Source: Hydrolagus affinis (taxonomy: Eukaryota). Taken from it: a DNA stretch of 64,000 nucleotides. A program made the translations under genes and the position numbers. Shown one piece after another: positions 50,903 to 62,065 of the stretch (positions are counted from its first letter, which is position 1; every line of letters begins with the position of its first letter). The DNA lies in contig JAAILG010001405.1 of NCBI GenBank assembly GCA_012026655.1, positions 1 through 64,000 of the forward strand, written 5' to 3'. Under the pieces are notes generated by a model. It was given only the letters and a program-made list of their open reading frames with translations, searched no databases and had not been told where the DNA came from.

Positions 50903-53206
50903 GTATAATTTTTTGAATGCAGAGGTTAAAATGTTTTCTATTTACTGTTTTCTATCTATTTCATGAAACTAATGAATTTTGAAAACAAATGGTGACAAAA
51001 TGTAATTTCAGTGTTGCTGACCTAACTTTTCTTTTTTTAAAAAAAAGAGAACATACCAGCTTGGGTTTATTTGCTATTTACAAAATACAGTACTGTACCC
51101 TTAATCGTGAAACCTAGAATATAGTTAAATTGATGCTGAATTGGCAGGAAATAAATATTATCCATAAGTAGAAGTATGGCAATATCAAATAATAAACTGC
51201 ACTCCATAGGTAGATCTTATTTCAAAATGACGAAATGTGCAGCTTTTATACATTAAGAGTGGTTGACTTATTGAATTTGCAGGAGTGAATAAATTTGAAT
51301 TCTGAAGCTTTCCTGCATTTTCATTTGATATCTTTTAATAGTTGTTACCTTATCTCTCTATTGGTTTTGGAGTCTTTTCTCATCGTAAAATCCTATTTTT
51401 TGGAGCATTTGATTAAAACCTTTTTCTTTGCATTTCTTGCTCCGCCTGGGCTGAACGGCTGCACTCAGGGTGTCGATCATTGCTTTTGTACTCCTGCCGG
51501 GGTGGGTGCAGAGGACTTGTAGATAAATTATGTTATTTAAATAGAAGCAGTTAGGGAAGAGAAATCAGTCATGTGCGCGGACAAGAGAAGGCTTGGCTTG
51601 GATGTAAATGCCCTTGGCGGTTGAATCACCTACCAACACTCAAATACATGAATATTCTTTCTTGGACAGGTACCCAAGTGAAACCTACACCTGTGGAACA
51701 GTACCCAGTGGAAGCAAAGAGTCCACTTCAGGAGATGTAAAGATTGGAGAAGGTGGCAAGAAAAATCATGTTCTGTATGTCAACTTTTGTTTGAAATAAT
51801 CACTTTACTATGACTTTAATATGCTGCGGTGCTGTGGCCACATTTCTTTGCTGCCACAAATATATTTCTACCTCCTGTTCAGATCATCCCCGAGTATAGA
51901 AAGGATATTTTCACAAATACAAAATAATGTAGTGCTTGTAAGTGCTTCAGATCTGAAATCAGATAGTGAAATACAGTTAACTGAATTTTGGAGAATTGAA
52001 TAGTTCAGTTTTATTGAATAAAATTTAGAGCTCCAGGAGATATGTCATCTATGTTTAGTCCAGTAAATGAATAGTTCAGTTTATTGAATAATATTCATTG
52101 TTAAATTCAGTGTTCAATTAATATAATTTTACTTTATTATACAGCTTTATGTTGGACATGTAGTTGAAAGCTAATTAAGGAGATGGAGCTAATGTGATAA
52201 AAAAAAGTCACCCGTTACATGCTTCTTCTCATCAACCAATTCATCCATCACCTCAGGGTAATTGCAGCTTCCTAGCAGTTGGTTAGAATGTGAACCAGCA
52301 AGTAAGTCATAAATAAAACTTGATCATGTTTAATTATGTTAAAATATTCCAATTTCAAAATGGTATCTTCAACATGTCTATAATCTACAGGTGTCCTTGA
52401 TGATTATAGTGGTAGGTAGCTCAGTGGTTAGGGGACTAACCTCACAAGGGGGTTTGATTCCAGGCAGGGCGAAATCCTGGGCAAATTTCCTTATTCCACA
52501 CGCCTGATAATAATCCCTCAAGAAAAAACAATAATCATTTGGCCATTCAATCCACCACTGTTTGTGCAATTGGCTGCTGCGTTTTGCACACAAATAAAGT
52601 CAATTCACTTTACAGTATATTCTGTGAAGCACTTTGAGACATCTAAAAGATATCCAAAGCTCTATATAAAATGCAAGGATTATTATCAATGATTTGCAGC
52701 AGGGGAATGTGCACTTACTGATTTGTATACATTTTTGAATGCAGAGGTTAAAATGTTTTACAAGCATTCATTAAACTAATAAATTTTCAAAACAGATGTT
52801 GACAAAATGTATTTCCAATGTTGCTGACCCAATCTTTTTTTAAAAAAGGAACATACCAGATTGGGTTTATTTGCCATCCGAAACCTAGATTATAGTTAAA
52901 TTGATGCTGAATTGGCAGGAAATAAATATTATTTTAAGTATAAATGTAGCAAAATCAAGTAATAAATTGCCACCAAACAAGTGGATTTTATCATTTCAAA
53001 ATGTGCAGCTTTCTTCCCGCCCCCACATTTAGAGTAGTTGACAGGTTCTACTTATCGAATTTGCAGGAGTGAATAAATATGAATTCTGAAGCTTTCCTGC
53101 ATTTCCATTTGAAACTATCTTAATACTGTAGTTGATACCTCATCTGTATTGCTTTTGCAGTCTTTTCTCATTGTCAAATGCTGGGCATTTTGGGGAATAT
53201 TTGATC
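50903..53206 (+). repeat. Local ~500-bp duplication (50903-51413 and 52725-53206)
   Basis: Colinear blocks tttttgaatgcagaggttaaaatgtttt, gaaacctaga.tatagttaaattgatgctgaattggcaggaaataaatatta, gaatttgcaggagtgaataaat.tgaattctgaagctttcctgcattt. Confidence 0.92.
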
Positions 53207-55807
53207 AACTTAATCACACCTTCTCTAAATGAACATGCCCTTTCTGAATAAAATGACAGTGTAGTGTTAAACGGTGAAAAGTATTATTCTGTGAATATAC
53301 TCAAATATACCAAACAAGTTGTTTGGGCCAAATTGCACAGAACCAATTCATGTCCCTTGCAACCAGCAGAGAAAGACTCATCTCATCAGCATGGACTAGA
53401 TTCACAAGTCAGAAGTGTTATTCCACTGCAGTATCTAGTGCCCCCCAAACCAAAAATGTTAATGGAAATGATGATTTACACAAAACAGTTGTATTATTTT
53501 CAGTAAGAGTATTTAATCACTTAAAGTAGCAACACGTTTGTAAGCAATTAAACTACTTTACCCAAACAAAGAGATGAACCATTTATATGTGTAGTTATCT
53601 GCACAAATATAAAGTGTCATTGTGTTTTCAATGTAAAAGCAAAGGAAAGGCAACCAGGCCTTTTAAACCTTCCCCCCCTCCCCCCCCCCCCGCCAACCAC
53701 CACAAATATTACACAGCAACCACTGAAGTGAAAATAAAAAGCAGTTTTAATTCTATTAGGCAGTCTAGCTGCCATATAACTTCCTAAGTACTGTACCACA
53801 ACCTTATCACCAAACAAGTAGCTAAAATGTCAGTAAATTTATACTTTTGAAAATGTTCATTTTTCCTATGTAGTCAACAAAAAGCATTTAAAAGGTGAAC
53901 TTTGTGGTCAAGTTGAGAAAAATAGTAAATGAGAACTTTTTTTCACATGTAATATCACTATTAATCTCTCTTGGATCACGGTAAGAGAATAAACCATCCT
54001 CTACTTTGCAACAATGCTTTGTCTGAACCTCAGTAAAGCAGCACCTCATGTGTGAATTTTTAGTTTTTCAAAGCAGTTACTTTTGAAATGATATTGCCAA
54101 TCTGTGCCAAATTATGCATAGTTTTGGGTATAGAGTGTCAAACTCCACAAGCAACTGAATTTGGACTAATCCAAACATGTTTCATGTAAACCAATGGATA
54201 AATCCAGGTGCTAGAGCATCAAGCCCTTAATACAGCACATTTTTAGGTATGTTAATTTGAAGAGGTATCAAAGAGAAACGTTTTTTGAAATGCATTTTTT
54301 GAAATGCATATAGAAAAAGAAAACTTGTGCCAAATATTACTTGTTGCTTCAAGCTATGCACTTAAAGCATGTGCTTCAAGCATTTGTGAATAATTAAGCA
54401 TTTTTTGTGAATAATTAAGCATTTTGTGAAGGAAGCATAAGTTGACCAACATTTTAAGTGCCACTATTTATAATAGGTAAAGTTTAAACTAGAAAACAAA
54501 TATATAATCAGCATTTTAGTCATTTAAACTTGATTTTATTCAGTAAACAAACAGCCGAGTTTAAGTGTTTGCACAGTTCATCGACCAAATTCCATTTAAA
54601 AAACACAGATGATGTCAGATACCAAGCAAAGACGTTGTATCTTTTGTTTGTTTGTCCTGCATAGACTAGAATTCAAACCAACCAACAATTTCCATGAAAA
54701 ATGATCTAAACCATGTCATTCAGCTTATAATTCAAAATTAATTCAAACCAGCATGGTTTCTATCTTTGAGGAAATGATTAATGGCCCCAATGAACAGCAG
54801 AGGCTGAAATGTTAGTTAAACTGTACAAACAGCTACACTATAAGGAAAATAATTGCCTTACAATAAGTTTTGAGTGAACTAAAAACATTAAATTGAAGAA
54901 AAGAACAATAAGGAATCATAATTTTGAGTTTCCAAGCAAATAGTTCAAGGGGCAAAAGGGGATTTATTTCTAATATGTCTCATTCAGGTACCTGGCTAAC
55001 ATATACATCTTTTAATAAACAATATTTCCAATGGAACTTCAATCTACTACCACTATGCATCTTAATCTAAATAGCATTTCAGTTTTGAAAGTAAATCTGC
55101 TGATATTTTTCAGGCAGCATAAACAGCAGTCACCAAACCCACATCCAATTTAACACAAAGAGCTTCAGCTGTTTTAATAGCAGCTGCAGTAAGGCTAACC
55201 ATGAGTTCATCCATTAATTGGCAGAGTGAACTGAAAGAATTTTTTTTCTAAAATCCAGCAGCGTCAGATTAAAACGACCAGTCTGATCATATTTTCGCAG
55301 GAAATCAGTAAGGGAAAGAAAAGCCTTCCTGCTGATTTTAGAACAAGCTGTTTTACTTAAAATGCATCACCAGAACTAAGGTGATGAATATATATTCTCA
55401 TGCCTTCAAAAGCAACAAAAATGATTGCTGCCAGAAATTGTTTTGTCTTTTTTCCAGTTTAAATCAAACAAGAGACTGATAACCATACCAGATGAGTCAT
55501 TACTCAATTCAAGAGTCTCACTTTACTCTAATACTGTAGTGTAACATGTAACGTTCATGTTAAATAACCGCCTCTACATTCTAGTCTGTATTACCAATAC
55601 TGTACAGCCTTTGCAGCTGTGATAGCTTCCCAACCAACCAGAACTACTCATAATTACCACAGGAAAAACAGTATTTCATATTTGAGCCAACTGATTTTTC
55701 TGGGTTGGAACCTTATACTATAGTAACCAAGAAATCTCTCTAGTACTGCAAAAATAAAAATTAAAGTTGACCTTTCCTACTTTAAATATTTTCATGCTAC
55801 AAAATAG

Positions 55808-55813
55808 TTTATT
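55808..55813 (-). terminator. SOWAHC: Candidate SOWAHC polyadenylation signal
   Basis: TTTATT on + (AATAAA on -), about 1.1 kb past the stop codon. Confidence 0.5.
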
Positions 55814-56930
55814 GAAAACAAATCAGATTTAAATTTTGGGAACACATGAATGTGAATGTGCCATGAAAGTGATGTACATTACTTTAAGTGACATTATTTA
55901 TGATATATACAGTATTCCTGGTTTGGGGGGGATGTTGGGGGGACAGGCTGAGAAGAGTAAAATGAACTGGCTCCAAGATGCCATGCTTGGTAATGGAACG
56001 TTGGAATTAAGTCAATCCTCGGGAGACAGAACATGGGAATATCATTGGGGTGCTAATTATTCATGCTCAGATACTATTAACCCTGCAAGCCAAAGCCTTA
56101 CCTGGAAGGAAGGTCATAGTTGAAGAAGAAGTGGGAAGCTTACCAAACAGTGCTCAAAATGACAAGCAATGCAGTTTTAGCTGGTTAAACGCTGGGAGTG
56201 CCTGAACACCCTCTCTAGAATCTGTCCCCAAGTCTTGATTGTTGCCAACCAGCACCTAATACAGTACTGTGTAATTAGTAGGGTGTGTCACGTTGGGGGA
56301 AAAAACATGCAAACCATTCTAGACATGGAATTTTCCAAGTATACATGGCGTAAATGGGACTCTCAGACTGATTTGAATCCTCTTAAGTATGGTGATGGGT
56401 TTCCGTACATTTCAGATACCTTGCTGACAAAAACATTAATCCCAAACTCTCTGATACATTTGTATTTATCTTAATCAGATTTCAGTGTATTTTTACTTCA
56501 CCTTCTCCCTAAAAAAATGTAATTCTATAAAGGTGATATTTGTTTTGTATTTGCACAATATTTTAAAAAATAGAAGAGGGGCCGATTTTTTCTAACATAT
56601 GAGCCCTTATTCTATTTCAAAAGTGCAACATAATACTGTGATACAATTTTTAAGCCAATATGATACACATAGGTGATTAGTAATAATTGGTTGGAAGGCA
56701 CGTGTTAATAAATACTATTGCAATACATACAGAATTTTGTCCCCATCATGCTACGTTTCAGAACCAGGCTGGACTGTTAAAATCAAATTATTCAATAATA
56801 TCTATATTAGTTTTTCTTATTGTGATTTTTTAAAAAAAGGAAACAGTCTAGGTATTGCCACTTTGTTTCACTATAAGTGCTACCACCATCAATTTATCTA
56901 CATAATTCAAGAAGTCTTTTTTCAGTTGTT

Positions 56931-58952
56931 TTATCCAAATATTGTCGATTTTGGCCTAAGTTTCAATGGGCTTTTTGGGCCACGATCATTATCCGTTCCT
57001 CGAAGAGAGGGCGTACTGTGAATAATCTGGGTTTTAAACCTGATTCTATTGAGTTTCATTTTGGTAGATGTTTTCCGGCTGACTGCTTTTGAAGGCATAG
57101 CATCAATCGTTTCTTCCTCAGGAACATTGACCAGTTTGTGCGTCAGGTTAGCAGGGAGAACTTTGGACAGCCTCCAACGACCACCTCCATTCTGCGAAGC
57201 GCTTTCAGGGTCAGAAATTCTAGATACACCTATGAGACTCCTTACTTCTTCTAAAACATCACGGGTTAGGTATTGCCAAGCTTTCTTCCCGCTGTAGTCC
57301 CGAATATCAGCATTTGCATCATATGCACCAGACAACAGTTTTACTACTTCCGTATGTCCATGCATAGCAGCCAAATGTAGCGGAGTGTAACCACCACTGG
57401 AGCGCAAATTTATATTAATTTGTATGTCATGTTTTCCTGCATAATTAACAAGCGTTGCAAGTAGTTCTGGTCTGCCATGTTTTGCTGCCCAATGAATACA
57501 TGTGAACCCTGTAACAAAATCTTTCCTGGTAATCAAACTAGGATCAGCTGCCAACAAGGTCTCAAGACTATCCCATCGACCTTCTGAAGCATGTATCATC
57601 CATTCATGTTCCAAGGGATCGAGTGCAACTGATGCAGTATCATCATCGTCTAGTTTTGAAGACACCAAAGAGATTGTGTCACTATCGCTTTTTCTAGATC
57701 CTGCATCTCCAAGTTTAATATTTGGCAATGCCACAACAGGATTATTGTAAATAACACTGCGTCTTAGCTGAGGGGAGCTGTTGATCATCAGCTCTCTGAA
57801 GTTTTTTCTGCTAGACCGGGGCGTATTTGGCAAGCTTTCACTGTGGGGGCATGCTGGATCACTCGTGCCTTCAAATCCATCAATGTCGAGACTGCTGGAG
57901 CGATCATCTCGATTTACTGTCAAGCTGCGTTGTAGAAGCTTCCTGGAAGGTCTCCTAGTATTTAAGTCGGGATTAGTTTTGACTTGTGTTGGCGAAACGT
58001 TGCTCTGTAACATGCTGTTGCTGACATTTTTCGATCGTACATCCTGTCCTGCAGAGCTCACGTCTTCCTGGAGATTGGCTCGGGCCGTGTGGGCTGAGTT
58101 GTTTTCAGACAAATCCCAAATGACTGGATTTCTCGCCTGGTTATCACGAGTGGACAGATCAAATGAGTCGGCGGGGATACTTGATTCTTTAACCCACTCA
58201 ATACCCTTGAAGTCTGGATTGGGGAAGCTCTCTCCCACGTCAGCGTGTGTTTGGGGACATTGGGGGACCCCCTGATCCTTCGCCCCATCTCCCCCCCGCC
58301 CCAGCGAAAAGGTGGTCGACGCGTTGTGACAGTCATTGGAACAAGTAGGCGGCGATCTCTCTGCGTCCGACGTACTCTCCACCGCGGGGAGGAAGGCGCC
58401 ATTCGCACAGACACGCTGCTGCGGAATTGGCCCACCTCGCTGATCGATAGATCCAGTTGGATTGCACCCAGCCGCAGCGGGCGGCAGCGATCGTGGCGGG
58501 GTGAGGGCACATCGCGCGTCGTCCCCCGACTCGTCCAAACCTCCGCGATGAACAGCTGGCACCGGAGGCAACGACCAGACCGGGTCCGTCACAGCCCCGC
58601 CGGCCACCTGGTCCCCACGTCCCACGGGTGACCCTGAGGCAGCCGCTGCAGGTTGGGGCTGACCGACCTCCGCCTCCCCAGCCGCCGCCGCCGCCGCCGG
58701 GCTGTGACTGTCGGCTCCCGGCTTCATCCTGTCACGGTATTTCTTCTTTAAGATGACGTACTTCACGCCGCCTTCGTGCACCACGACCCCTACTCTGTTC
58801 ACGAACTCCTTGAACACCCCGCGGTGTTTGGCCCGGCTGTCGGGGTTACTGAGGAACATGTTGAAATGCTCCAGCAGCTCGTCGCTCCTGACTCTGCCGC
58901 CCCTCTCCCCCAGGAACTGCAACACGGAGTCCAGGCTAAACTCCGTTGCCAT
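56931..58952 (-). CDS. SOWAHC: Ankyrin-repeat protein SOWAHC (sosondowah C), 673 aa, intronless
   Basis: SOWAH N-terminal domain (VLQFLGERGGRV...FKEFVNRV...KYVILKKK), LDPLEHEW, two ankyrin repeats (TGFTCIHWAAKHG, GGYTPLHLAAMHG), and SOWAHC-type SSPQLRRS and C-terminus RIRFKTQIIHSTPS..LRPKSTIFG. ATG at 58952 is in a strong Kozak context; the ORF track starts at an upstream GTG. Confidence 0.93.
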   Translation of the reverse strand: MATEFSLDSVLQFLGERGGRVRSDELLEHFNMFLSNPDSRAKHRGVFKEFVNRVGVVVHEGGVKYVILKKKYRDRMKPGADSHSPAAAAAAGEAEVGQPQPAAAASGSPVGRGDQVAGGAVTDPVWSLPPVPAVHRGGLDESGDDARCALTPPRSLPPAAAGCNPTGSIDQRGGPIPQQRVCANGAFLPAVESTSDAERSPPTCSNDCHNASTTFSLGRGGDGAKDQGVPQCPQTHADVGESFPNPDFKGIEWVKESSIPADSFDLSTRDNQARNPVIWDLSENNSAHTARANLQEDVSSAGQDVRSKNVSNSMLQSNVSPTQVKTNPDLNTRRPSRKLLQRSLTVNRDDRSSSLDIDGFEGTSDPACPHSESLPNTPRSSRKNFRELMINSSPQLRRSVIYNNPVVALPNIKLGDAGSRKSDSDTISLVSSKLDDDDTASVALDPLEHEWMIHASEGRWDSLETLLAADPSLITRKDFVTGFTCIHWAAKHGRPELLATLVNYAGKHDIQININLRSSGGYTPLHLAAMHGHTEVVKLLSGAYDANADIRDYSGKKAWQYLTRDVLEEVRSLIGVSRISDPESASQNGGGRWRLSKVLPANLTHKLVNVPEEETIDAMPSKAVSRKTSTKMKLNRIRFKTQIIHSTPSLRGTDNDRGPKSPLKLRPKSTIFG

Positions 58953-59559
58953 TGTGGTCGGTGGCCCCTTTCCTTTTTCACACCCAGCGCTAACTGTAAT
59001 AACCTCCAAAAGCGGGAGACCTGCCCATAGCTTCACCTCTCACTGAGTAGGTCTGTCTGTACGTCTTGTATGTCTGTCTATCTGCTCCTCTGCCGATGGG
59101 TTACATTGTGTTACCTTGTGCCAGCCTGTCGGGATCCACCTCCTCTCTTGTCCCTCCCTCCCCACACCCATAGCAACCAATTACTTCCGGTCTGATGCTG
59201 CCCACCTGCGAGACATGCGCTGACCCGACCCCTCCCGGCACTACCAAACCGAACATGTGGAGGGGGTTGGGGGAGAGAGAAGCTAAAGGAAAAATGTGTA
59301 TCGTCGACCCGATGAACATGTACCCGATTTCTGCGATTAATATTATTTCACAAGATCAATGATCTTTATCCAATGTCTTCTACCGCGGCAGTATTTTGCT
59401 TTCCAGGTCACGTCATTGTTTCTCTCTCCCCCTTTCTCCCTCACTACTTGGTAGCTGCCCGCATTGTGAGTGGATTGCAGCGCTGTCTCGGGCGCAGCCG
59501 TTTGTAGCGCGAGCGCCTCCCGTCTCTGCTCTCGCACTGTAACCGCCACCGCCTCAGCA
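58953..59559. promoter_or_regulatory. Bidirectional CpG-island promoter SOWAHC/SEPTIN10
   Basis: 607 bp between divergent ATGs. CCAAT at 59177, ETS acttccgg at 59183, E-box cacctg at 59203, CRE-like gtcacgtca at 59407. Confidence 0.8.
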
Positions 59560-59586
59560 ATGGCTTCGGCAGACGTCGCCCGGCAA
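59560..59586 (+). CDS. SEPTIN10: SEPTIN10 first coding exon (MASADVARQ); the rest lies beyond the window
   Basis: gcaATGg Kozak and caa|gtgagt donor. Resembles human SEPT10 MASSEVARH and SEPT6 MAATDIARQ. Head-to-head with SOWAHC, as for human SEPTIN10. Confidence 0.82.
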
Positions 59587-59594
59587 GTGAGTCT

Positions 59595-60020
59595 TTTCTA
59601 TAACAACAATAACATCTTGCAAAATATAAAGTGCCGTCCACGCCGGGTAGCGTCTCAGAGCGCTTAACAGGCTGACTCCGAGCCGGCTGTGGGAGATTGG
59701 GGGGGGGAGGTGGCCATAAGCTCGGTCGAAGAGGAAGGTCTTCAGGCGGGACTTGAAGAAGGGGGAAAAAAAGGGGGCGAGTCGGAGGGAGTGAGGGAGA
59801 GGGGAGGGAGTAAGGGGGAGTGGACGGAGTGACGGAGAGGGGGGGGGGGAGATGGAGGGAGAGGAGGTGGAGGGAGAGGGGGGCAAGGCGGGAAGGCGGA
59901 GGGAGAGTGGAGGGAAGCGGAGGCGGAGAGAAGGAGGGAGACGGGCGATGCGGAGGGAGTGAGGGAATGGGGAAAGAGTGTTCTAACCTTCACCTGCGAA
60001 GAGAGACGGGGGGGAGGGAG
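59595..60020 (-). mobile_element. L2 3' end merging into a long G/A-rich tract
   Basis: FKSRLKTFLFDRAY remnant on the minus strand, followed by GGGA/GGA-rich low complexity. Confidence 0.7.
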
Positions 60021-61489
60021 GAACAAACAGTTTGCAGGCGATTTTTTTCCTTGTGTTTTTAAATAAATGTATCAACTCCCAAAGTCTGCGCTGACCCGTT
60101 TCCCCCCCTAACCAGCCTCTCCTCAAGTTACTTCAGGCTGAGGGGTGGTTATTGGTCCCCGAAATCCAAACCGGTTGAATTTTTTTTAAAAAAAAGTGTG
60201 CTTTGAAGTAAAAAGAATTTTAATTAAAAAAAATTTAAAATCTGTTTGAGGGAAAAGGTCAATAAATCCGTGAGGGGTGTGGTGGGGGAGGGGGGGAGTT
60301 GATGGTTCCCGAGTATCGGAGCCGTGTGAGACTTGCCACTGGTCAGAGGCCGCATTCCTCCCGTGCTTCAGGGAGAGGGGAGGAGGGAGGAGAGGGGGTG
60401 GGGGGAGGGCGCAGCTGGGGGAGTTTTGAACAAGAGGCTTTTTTTCAATGATGATAAAGAGGCGAGGTGTGATTTAACGTGGTTGTGTGAAATTTTAAAA
60501 GGGAGATTGCTTCACCATGCCACTGCCGATCTTAAAAATGCCCGTGAAAATATCCGCTTTTTAAAAACAAATCTAGTTTGGGCTTCCTGGTTTGTTTAAA
60601 ATTAAACGAGAATAGTTCCGACAAATCCTAGTTAAGGCGGTGGTCGCACCCTCTGCTCTTTATCTGGAATGTGATGGGGGAGGAGGAAAAATGTCCCAAC
60701 TATCTCAAGATTGCACCAGGACTTCCAGCTTCCGATTGGTCTTGTATCAACTCATTGTTGAGCACCATCCATAAAGCTGCCGCATACTTAAATATATATG
60801 TATTATATATATATATTTAAAGTACTGTATTTGGTCTTTTGTGACCTTTTTCTGTACTATTTTGCTGGGTAAGTAAATAACGCACTGTTTTGCATATAGT
60901 TTACTCTAATTGATTTTGAAACCAAAGCCACTCTTGCCTAACAAAACCAGCCTCATGCTGCCGAGTTGAATTGCTTACATCTGCTGAAATGTAAATAATC
61001 TTACTCAGTCTTGCGTTAAGGTGAATTTCCTATGCATACATTTTTCTTGGGATATATGAGAGCATATATGTCCTCCCAACGTGAAAGGGGCTCCATATAT
61101 GTAATTTTGTTGTTGTACTTTCAGACTAAGTGTGTGTTTTGAATGTGTATTTGCAGTTAGGATTCATGATATAATACAGTACTGTACCAAATTGGGAGGA
61201 TGTCCCAGAGCGCTGGAGACTTATGGATTTAGACCCGAGCAGGGTGGGTAGAGGTGTTTAGGGAAGGTAGGAAGGTGGCTGAAATTGGTGGTGAAATTGT
61301 ATGTTTATTTTTGTCACCATCCATCGCCTTCATCCTCGCGCGGACCAAACTGCACACACCCATTGCCCAAATCCTTGGTACTGCGAACAGATTGACAAGC
61401 TCCTCACATACAAATTGCTTTGTACCCTCCTAGCTCTGTATCTCTGATCTCCCTGTGCCCTACCCCTCAGCCTGTCTCTACAATCAGCT

Positions 61490-61965
61490 AGGACAACAAC
61501 AAAATTACATTTATAGAGTGCCTTTCACGTCGGGAGGACGTCCCAAGGCATTGAACAGTCAGGTTGGGACCCGAGCAGGGGGGAAGGTTTGGGGTAGGGG
61601 AAGGAGAGTAAGAGAAGGGGAAGAGTTAGGAGGGGAGCAGAAGGCACAGTCGAATAGGAAGGTCTTGAGACCGGCCTTGAAGGAGGAAAGAGAGGAAGTG
61701 AGGCGAAGGGATTGCGGGATGGAATTCTACAGTGTGGGAGCAGAGAGGCTGCAAGTCCGGCCACCGATGGTGGGGCAGTTAGGGCGGTGGACGTGGAGCA
61801 GGCCAGAGCCTGCTGAGGGGATGGGCAGCCTGATGGGGAGACAGCAGGTCGGAGAGATAGGCGGGGCAAGGCCATGAATGGCCTTAAAGGTGAGGACGAG
61901 CATCTTGAATTCAATCCTCTGGCGGATGGGGAGCCAGTGGAGACGGGCGAGGGTGGGAGTGATGT
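61490..61965 (-). mobile_element. L2 3' fragment
   Basis: ITPTLARLHWLPIRQRIEFKMLVLTFKAIHGLAP. Confidence 0.9.
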
Positions 61966-62065
61966 NNNNNNNNNNNNNNNNNNNNNNNNNNNNNNNNNNN
62001 NNNNNNNNNNNNNNNNNNNNNNNNNNNNNNNNNNNNNNNNNNNNNNNNNNNNNNNNNNNNNNNNN
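61966..62065. other. Scaffold gap (100 N)
   Basis: Run of exactly 100 N. Confidence 1.

Noticed and set aside
53350-53502. ORF resembling a mitochondrial presequence ending at a GTAAGA donor
   Set aside because: No promoter or CpG island upstream, no downstream exon, and no recognised homologue. Likely chance.
54280-54430. Short tandem duplications (tttttgaaatgca x2; agcattt..gtgaataatta x2.5), and (ttaa)n at ~13472
   Set aside because: Ordinary slippage repeats.
57049-59046. Several plus-strand ORFs antisense to SOWAHC
   Set aside because: Shadow ORFs of a GC-rich coding exon.
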